From positions 160,001-224,000 of the forward strand of contig JBBCJC010000003.1 of the NCBI GenBank assembly GCA_037189525.1: a stretch of DNA of 64,000 nt. Reading direction: 5' to 3'. The notes under the pieces were generated by a model. The model worked only from the letters and a program-made list of their open reading frames with translations, ran no database searches and was not told where the DNA came from. This stretch comes from Gemmatimonadales bacterium (GTDB lineage: Bacteria > Gemmatimonadota > Gemmatimonadetes > Gemmatimonadales > GWC2-71-9). Shown here in pieces: positions 57,814 to 64,000 of the stretch; position 1 is the stretch's first letter; each line of letters begins with the position of its first letter. A program made the position numbers and the translations under genes.

Positions 57814-58887
57814 TCAAGCCGGCCATTGCTGGGTGACGCAGTGAATCGCCCCAAGCCCCCAAGCGAGATCGGTGCAATCGATCACGACAATCTCCCGATC
57901 GGGAAAACAACTCTGCAGTGTTTCGCGCGCAATCTCGTCGCGTTCGACATCGTAGCCGGGCACGAGCACGACACCGTTGGCGACGTAAAAATTCGCGTAG
58001 CTGGCGGGAATCCGCTGACCGTCCTCATACAGCGCCCGTGGCATCGGCAGCGTAACGATATCGAGTGTCCGCCCGTCCTGGTCGGTCATCCGGCTCAAAC
58101 GGTCCAGGTTCTCCTGGAGCGGCCGGTAGTTCCGGTCGGACGGGTCGGTTTCGACCACGGTGACGACGGTGGTCGGATTGACGAACCGGGTCAGGTCGTC
58201 GATATGCCCGTCGGTGTCGTCGCCCTCGATCCCGTCACCCAGCCAGAGGATGTTGGTGACCCCGAGATACTGCCGGAGCGCCTGCTCGATCTCTTCTTTG
58301 GAGAGACTCGGGTTCCGGTTGGGATTGAGCAGGCAGCTTTCGGTTGTCAGCAGCGTGCCGGCCCCGTTCACGTCGATCGAACCACCTTCGAGGATCAACC
58401 CCGGATGTAATACCGGGACATTGAACTTCTCGCCGATGAGTGTGGGGATCCGGTCGTCGTCCTCGAAGGGCGGATACTTGTTGCCCCAGGCATTGAAGCC
58501 CCAGTCGAGGATGATCTGATCGTTGCGGCCGTTGCGCTCGCGCTGGATGAAGATCGGGCCGTGGTCCCGGCACCAGGCGTCGTTGGTAACGTGGTGATGA
58601 AAGAAGACCTGGTTGGTCGGCACGTTGGCGTGGGCCAGGGTCAGCCGCGCGCTGGCCTCCATGGCGGCATCGGCCACGTTGATGTGCACTTCTTCACGCC
58701 CGGCCAGATGACGCACGATCTCGCCGAATACGGTGGGAATCAGATGGACCTTGCCGGGCCACGAAGACTCCCGGTGCGGCCACGAGAGCCAGGTGCCGCG
58801 ATGCGGAGCCCATTCGGCGGGCATGCGGAAACCGGCTTCGGCCGGCGTCTCCTGGTAACCAGGGCGACTCTGACCGGTTGTCGTCAT
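57814..58887 (-). CDS. aguA: Agmatine deiminase (peptidyl-arginine deiminase family)
   Basis: RMPAEW, DAWCRDHGP, LEGGSI, DDTDGHIDD, ASYANF, GAIHCVTQQ. Confidence 0.93.
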   Translation of the reverse strand: MTTTGQSRPGYQETPAEAGFRMPAEWAPHRGTWLSWPHRESSWPGKVHLIPTVFGEIVRHLAGREEVHINVADAAMEASARLTLAHANVPTNQVFFHHHVTNDAWCRDHGPIFIQRERNGRNDQIILDWGFNAWGNKYPPFEDDDRIPTLIGEKFNVPVLHPGLILEGGSIDVNGAGTLLTTESCLLNPNRNPSLSKEEIEQALRQYLGVTNILWLGDGIEGDDTDGHIDDLTRFVNPTTVVTVVETDPSDRNYRPLQENLDRLSRMTDQDGRTLDIVTLPMPRALYEDGQRIPASYANFYVANGVVLVPGYDVERDEIARETLQSCFPDREIVVIDCTDLAWGLGAIHCVTQQWPA

Positions 58888-59777
58888 GAATCGATATATC
58901 GCTTGGTGAGGTCGCTGTAGGCGTCGATGCGCCGATCGCGGAAGAAGGGCCAGTGAGTGCGGACGACGTCCACCTGGCTCAGGTCACACTGAACGATCAG
59001 CGTTTCCTCGCCGGTGCCGGCTTTGGCCAGAATCCGCCCGCTCGGGTCGGCTACGAAGCTGCCGCCCCAGAATTCGATCCCCGGTCCGGCGGTTCCGCCG
59101 GTTTCATGGCCGACCCGATTGACCGACGCGACGTAAGCGCCGTTGGCCACCGCGTGCGAGCGTTGGATCGTTTCCCAGGCCGCCTGTTGCCGCTCGCCGT
59201 ATTCGGCCTTTTCCGGCGGCAGCCAGCCGATGGCCGTCGGATAGAACAGGATCTCGGCGCCGGACAGCGCGGTCAGTCGCGCGGCCTCGGGATACCACTG
59301 GTCCCAGCAGATCAGGACGCCGATCTTGCCGAATCGGGTCTGCCAGGTCCGGAAGCCCAGGTCGCCCGGAGTGAAGTAGAACTTCTCGTAGAACTGGGGG
59401 TCGTCCGGAATGTGCATCTTCCGGTACTTGCCCAGATAGGTGCCATCGGCATCGATCACGGCCGCCGTGTTGTGATAGAGCCCCTCGGCCCGTTTTTCGA
59501 ACAGCGACGCCACGATCACGATGCCCAGCTCTTTGGCGAGGGCCGAGAAGGCGTGGGTCGTTGGACCCGGAATCGCTTCGGCCAGGGCGAAGAACCGATG
59601 GTCCTCCATCTGGCAGAAGTAGGGGCCCATGAAGAGCTCCTGCAAGCAGACGATCTGGGCACCCTGGCGCGCCGCGTCGCGGGTCCGTTCGAGTGCCTTC
59701 TCGAGATTGGCCGCCGGGTCCTCCACCGTGCTCATCTGAGGCAGGCCGACAGTCACGATACGGGATCGATTGGTCAT
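58884..59777 (-). CDS. aguB: N-carbamoylputrescine amidase (carbon-nitrogen hydrolase)
   Basis: LQELF, YRKMHIPDDP-FYEKFYFTPG, ICWDQWYPE; ATGA-coupled to aguA. Confidence 0.92.
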   Translation of the reverse strand: MTNRSRIVTVGLPQMSTVEDPAANLEKALERTRDAARQGAQIVCLQELFMGPYFCQMEDHRFFALAEAIPGPTTHAFSALAKELGIVIVASLFEKRAEGLYHNTAAVIDADGTYLGKYRKMHIPDDPQFYEKFYFTPGDLGFRTWQTRFGKIGVLICWDQWYPEAARLTALSGAEILFYPTAIGWLPPEKAEYGERQQAAWETIQRSHAVANGAYVASVNRVGHETGGTAGPGIEFWGGSFVADPSGRILAKAGTGEETLIVQCDLSQVDVVRTHWPFFRDRRIDAYSDLTKRYIDS

Positions 59778-59867
59778 AGGTCCGAATCTAACGTTGTGAG
59801 GGGGCAAACGGGCCCGGTCCACGGGGTCCCTCGCCCGGAACGGTCGACGGCCTTATCATCGTCCGCC

Positions 59868-60938
59868 ATGGTACGCATCCTCCCGCTCTCGCTCCTCGTG
59901 TCGGCGGCCGTGGGGACGGCCCTCCCGCTGACTGCTCAGCAGGTTACCTGGCGGTCCGTCGGGACGATCTACGGAGACAACACCGAGTTCTTTACGCCCT
60001 ATCGGGAGGGAGAGACGATTCTGGGTGGTCAGGTGGCCACACATCTGATCGTCCGGCCATCGTCCAAGTACGCCTTTCACGTCGGGGCTCTGGGCGATGT
60101 CCGCTGGGGCTCCGATGCGTTTCTGGATCGGGTCAGGCCGATTCTCTCGTTCCGTTATCAGAACGGCAGCTCGACCGGAGTCCTGGGTACCCTGCAGACC
60201 GAGCGCCGGCATGGCTTCCTCGATCCCCTCGCGGTCAGCACCCTCGAACTGACTCGGCCAATCGAGTATGGCCTGCAATGGATCGAACGGCGCTCCTGGC
60301 TCGACGCCGAGGCGTTCATCAACTGGCAGGCGCTCAATACGCCGGAGCATCGCGAGGTCTTCGATTTCGGCTGGGTCATCCGTGTGAAGCCGGTCCGCCA
60401 GGTCGCGCTGGAAGCCCAATATCACGGCCTCCATCATGGCGGTCAGCTGTACAGTGCCGGCGTGCCCGTCACCAATAACGGCGCGGCTGCGTATGGAATA
60501 ACGGTCGCGGATACCCTGCCGGCGGTCGGGTTGGCCTCGCTGGCGGTTTTCCGGCTCACCAGCAGCGGCAATATCGACCCGGAAGCCCCCGAAGAATGGC
60601 CTCGGCGCGGGCGGGGCACTTTCGTCCGCGCCGGGGTCTGGCCGGTTCGGAACGTGGAGGTCTTCGGGATTCGCTGGTGGGGGCGCGATTTCGTGTCTCA
60701 AGAGGGCGACAACAACTATAATTCGACGGCAATTCTCCCGGTCTCATTTCGGTCGAAGCGGGATTATCTCGAGCTGGGCCTGTTGCATCGTGCGATACTC
60801 GATGGCGGGGTGGGACTCGACGCCGAATTCCGGCTGCATCGGATCGATGACGAGCCGAGCGCGGCGATTCGGGGCACGTCGTGGGAATATTCGTATCGTC
60901 TGGTGGTCCGGACACCGTTCGATTTCCGGATTCGATAG
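59868..60938 (+). CDS. Hypothetical exported protein, probable outer-membrane beta-barrel
   Basis: Signal peptide (LTA-QQ); alternating aromatic beta-strands; C-terminal FDFRIR. Confidence 0.7.
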   Translation: MVRILPLSLLVSAAVGTALPLTAQQVTWRSVGTIYGDNTEFFTPYREGETILGGQVATHLIVRPSSKYAFHVGALGDVRWGSDAFLDRVRPILSFRYQNGSSTGVLGTLQTERRHGFLDPLAVSTLELTRPIEYGLQWIERRSWLDAEAFINWQALNTPEHREVFDFGWVIRVKPVRQVALEAQYHGLHHGGQLYSAGVPVTNNGAAAYGITVADTLPAVGLASLAVFRLTSSGNIDPEAPEEWPRRGRGTFVRAGVWPVRNVEVFGIRWWGRDFVSQEGDNNYNSTAILPVSFRSKRDYLELGLLHRAILDGGVGLDAEFRLHRIDDEPSAAIRGTSWEYSYRLVVRTPFDFRIR

Positions 60939-60970
60939 CGCGAAGGGACACTGAAGGCAAAGGAGCGGGT

Positions 60971-62926
60971 ATGGTAGCGGCAGTGTTGATTCTCGCGGTA
61001 CTGCAGCAGGCTCCCGGCGGCATTGCGCGGGTGCAGGTCGAGCCGGAGCGCGCCGAACTGCAGGTGGGGCAGACGCTGCAGATGTCCGCCAAAGTCCTCG
61101 ACGCCAACGGCGCGCCGGTGCCTAACGCCCGGGTGGTCTGGTTCGGCGGCGGCGACGGCGCGGTCGACTCGACCGGTCTCGTCCGCGGCGGCTTCCGCGG
61201 CTATGTCCGCGTCGTCGCCATGGCCTTTGCCCCGGGAAGTCCCCGGGTTACGCAGGAAGCGACGGTGCGGATCATCCCGGCGCCCGCCGCCAAGCTCGAA
61301 CTCTCGGCGACCGCGCTCAAGCTTGCCGTCGGGTCGCGCTATTCGCTGACCGGAACGCCGCTCAGTTCGGACAACGACATCCGGTACGACAACGTCACTT
61401 TCCAGTCCAGCCAGCCCTCGGTCGTGGCGGTGACTCCGGACGGCCGGCTCAATGCCGTTCGCGCGGGCAAGGCCGTGATTACGGCGCGGGCGGGCACGGC
61501 ATCGGCCTCGGTCGATGTCGAAGTCGTTACGGCCATTCCGGCGACGGTCACGGTCGAGCCCGGGGTCAGCTCGGTGCGCACCGGCGATGTGGTTCGCTTT
61601 ACGGCGGTGGTGAAGGATCGGACCGGACGAGTCCTGGAGGGCCTCACGCCTCGCTGGTCCGTAGCGGCCGTATCCGGCGCGGCAGTCGGCCAGATCGATG
61701 CCGAGGGCGCCTTCGTGGCCGAAGAGCAGGGGAGTTACACCGTGACGGCGTCGGTCGGGAGCGCCAGCGGCGACGCGGGCGTGGTCGCCGCCCCGCGCAA
61801 TGTCGGCCGGGGGATCGAGGTGATCGGCCGGGTGCCGCTGCCGTTCCGTGGGGCCGAGATCTGGCCGCATCCGAACGGGAAGTGCCTGTACTACAGCACC
61901 ATCGCCGATCGGATCTATGCGATCGACGTCAGCAATCCGTCGGCTCCGCAGATCGTCGACTCGATGGTGATCGACGCCCGTCTCATCAATGACGTGATGA
62001 CGACCGAAGACGGCAAGTATGGCGTCTTTTCGCGGGAGAATGCCTCAAATCGTAAAAACGGCATCGCCGTCTTCGATGCGAGTGACCCCTGCCATCCCAA
62101 GATGATTGCCGACTATACCGAGACCGTCTCGGGCGGGGTGCACTCGTCCTACGTGTACGAGGGGCACGTCTACCTGACCGACGACGCCACCGGATCGATG
62201 CGGGTCATTTCGATCAAGGATCCCTACAAGCCGCGCGAGGTGGGCCGCTGGCAGACCGAGCAGACCGAGCACGGGCGGTACATCCACGATATTGACGTGC
62301 GCGGTGGCTTTGCGTACCTGTCGTACTGGAACGACGGCCTGATCATCCTCGATATCGGCAACGGGATCCGCGGCGGCAGTCCGGAAAAGCCGGCGTTCGT
62401 GTCACAGCTCAAGTACGATCTCAACCATCTCTACCGCCGGATCGACGACATGTACGGCCTGGGCGCCAGGGGAACCCACACCTCGTGGCGTCACAAGGAC
62501 TACATCTTCATCGCCGATGAGGTGTACGCATCCGCCGCTGCCAAAGGGCACGAGACCGGCAATGATCTGACCTGGGGTCGTCTCCAGGTGGTCGACGTCT
62601 CCGATATCCTCAAGCCCAAGATCGTCGCCTGGTACGAACCGACCGATGGCGGCGTCCACAACATCTGGGTCGAGGGCGACTCGCTCTACATGGGGGCGTA
62701 TCAGGGCGGCGGCCGCGTGGTCGACATCTCGGGCGAACTGAAGGGCGATCTGCTGCGGCAGGGGCGCGAGATGGCCTGGCTCTTCACGGCAGACTCGGCC
62801 GGTCTCAAGCCGCGGGCGACCTTTACCTGGGGCGCCGTGGCCAAGAACGGCACCATCTATTTCAACGACATCAATACCGGGCTGTGGATCACACGGTTGG
62901 CCCGGAAAGAGAAGCCCATTCCGTGA
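60971..62926 (+). CDS. Exported Ig-like (Big_2) + LVIVD-repeat beta-propeller protein
   Basis: AAGGAG SD; three Ig-like repeats (SSQPSVVAVTPDG); IDVSNPSAP, AYLSYWNDGLIILDI and VVDVSDILKP repeats. Confidence 0.88.
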   Translation: MVAAVLILAVLQQAPGGIARVQVEPERAELQVGQTLQMSAKVLDANGAPVPNARVVWFGGGDGAVDSTGLVRGGFRGYVRVVAMAFAPGSPRVTQEATVRIIPAPAAKLELSATALKLAVGSRYSLTGTPLSSDNDIRYDNVTFQSSQPSVVAVTPDGRLNAVRAGKAVITARAGTASASVDVEVVTAIPATVTVEPGVSSVRTGDVVRFTAVVKDRTGRVLEGLTPRWSVAAVSGAAVGQIDAEGAFVAEEQGSYTVTASVGSASGDAGVVAAPRNVGRGIEVIGRVPLPFRGAEIWPHPNGKCLYYSTIADRIYAIDVSNPSAPQIVDSMVIDARLINDVMTTEDGKYGVFSRENASNRKNGIAVFDASDPCHPKMIADYTETVSGGVHSSYVYEGHVYLTDDATGSMRVISIKDPYKPREVGRWQTEQTEHGRYIHDIDVRGGFAYLSYWNDGLIILDIGNGIRGGSPEKPAFVSQLKYDLNHLYRRIDDMYGLGARGTHTSWRHKDYIFIADEVYASAAAKGHETGNDLTWGRLQVVDVSDILKPKIVAWYEPTDGGVHNIWVEGDSLYMGAYQGGGRVVDISGELKGDLLRQGREMAWLFTADSAGLKPRATFTWGAVAKNGTIYFNDINTGLWITRLARKEKPIP

Positions 62927-62944
62927 GGTCCGACGCTCGGGCGG

Positions 62945-64000
62945 CTAGCGGCCGCCCGAGCGAAGGATGACCTTGCCGTGACCGACCGGGGCAGGCCAGG
63001 CCAGCACGATGGCCGTGCCCTGGATGGTCCGGTCGAACCCCCGCTCGCTCTTGGCCACCGTTTCGATCGGATAGCGCCACTCCCGCGCGGCATTGGTTTC
63101 GATCTCGATCTGCCCGGCAACCGAGAGCTCGGTGGTGAACCAGGGCGCCTCGTCCGTCCCGTCCCAGGTGAATTCGGCCGACAGCGTTCCGTGCTCATCG
63201 ACCGAAATCCGCTTGGTCATCCCCTCGAATGCGATCCGGAACGAGAGTGTGCGCGTCGTGTGGTCGGCCGGTTCGGTCTCCAGCCGGCCCGATTCCGCAC
63301 CCCAGTCCCGATGGATCTCGACCGTAGAGGCGGCCAATGCCTCCGGCGAATCGACCGTGCCCAGCAGGCGCTCCTGCAAGAGCGCGCGCGGGTAGGCGTC
63401 GAAGGGCGGCAGCGTGGACAACTCCAGCCGATCCTCCAGGTCGTGGATGCTCGGCGCGCCGTCATCGGTAGCGTGATGACTGGCGGTCGTCTCGTGTGAC
63501 GTCGCCCGGTCGATCGCTTCCTGATGATAGGCCTCGAGACGCCTGGTCAGCACGTCGACGTGATTCCGCTCCGTGCGGAAGACGGTCCACTCTTCGACGG
63601 CGCCGCCACGATGGGGCGCCAGCAGCACGGATACCGCATGGCTGTGGATCCAGATTTCCCGAAGCCCGTCTCCGTCGAGGTCGACGGCTTCCCAGCGGAG
63701 CGGCTCGTCCTGGCGCAGGATTTCTTCCGCCGCCGCCAGCTCCCGCCAGATCCCTTCGCGCAGGTGCGGCAGATACAGCCCGCCGAAGACGCCGTGCCAG
63801 TACGCGTCATTGCACTGGGCCTTTCCGATGGCGCGGCGCGCGTCGGCCGGGTCGCCCTTCTGCCGAGCAAGCGAAGACAACGCCAGCATCTTCTTGTGCA
63901 TCCGATTGGATTCGGAATACTTGACGAAGAAGTTCCGCCAATGGGTTCCGCGCACCAGCGCGCCGTCCAGGCCGTTCATGCGCTCCGGGCCGAGCTCGTT
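62945..64000 (-). CDS. GH57 alpha-amylase/4-alpha-glucanotransferase, 5'-truncated
   Basis: WRNFFVKYSESNRMHKKM, AQCNDAYWHGVFGGLYLPHLR, ETVAKSERGFDRTIQG; frame open to the window edge. Confidence 0.92.
   Translation of the reverse strand, partial: NELGPERMNGLDGALVRGTHWRNFFVKYSESNRMHKKMLALSSLARQKGDPADARRAIGKAQCNDAYWHGVFGGLYLPHLREGIWRELAAAEEILRQDEPLRWEAVDLDGDGLREIWIHSHAVSVLLAPHRGGAVEEWTVFRTERNHVDVLTRRLEAYHQEAIDRATSHETTASHHATDDGAPSIHDLEDRLELSTLPPFDAYPRALLQERLLGTVDSPEALAASTVEIHRDWGAESGRLETEPADHTTRTLSFRIAFEGMTKRISVDEHGTLSAEFTWDGTDEAPWFTTELSVAGQIEIETNAAREWRYPIETVAKSERGFDRTIQGTAIVLAWPAPVGHGKVILRSGGR

Noticed and set aside
54433..57844. 602-aa minus and 635-aa plus ORFs
   Set aside because: Shadows of susD-5 and ftcD.
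58953..59867. N-terminal 300 aa of the 661-aa ORF
   Set aside because: Antisense to aguB; the real gene starts with a signal peptide at 59868.
1..64000. Mobile elements, prophage, defence systems, tRNA/rRNA
   Set aside because: No transposase, integrase, phage, cas, reverse transcriptase or structural-RNA signatures recognised.

Overview
High-GC bacterial chromosome segment with dense coding. The gene repertoire (SusC/SusD pairs in a very GC-rich diderm, TonB-ExbB-ExbD-ExbD, namZ/nagZ, Ig+LVIVD protein) suggests Gemmatimonadota; this is an inference, as no marker gene is present. It holds five SusC/RagA-SusD/RagB transporter pairs, two of them a tandem duplication, flanked by amidohydrolase, peptidase and lipid genes rather than glycan-degrading enzymes. 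Also present: sodA plus a peroxiredoxin, a kinase-regulator-kinase triplet, a Ton motor operon, a peptidoglycan-sugar salvage cluster, aguAB, ftcD and a partial GH57. The most interesting locus is a copper cassette (His/Cys-rich leader ORF, mbnP, mbnH, copC). The leader ends in LPYATAPP, and its stop-codon region can base-pair with the mbnP 5' region, suggesting an arrest-peptide copper switch with a non-RAPP motif. I recognised no rRNA, tRNA, CRISPR array or mobile element. All assignments come from reading motifs by eye, without database searches.
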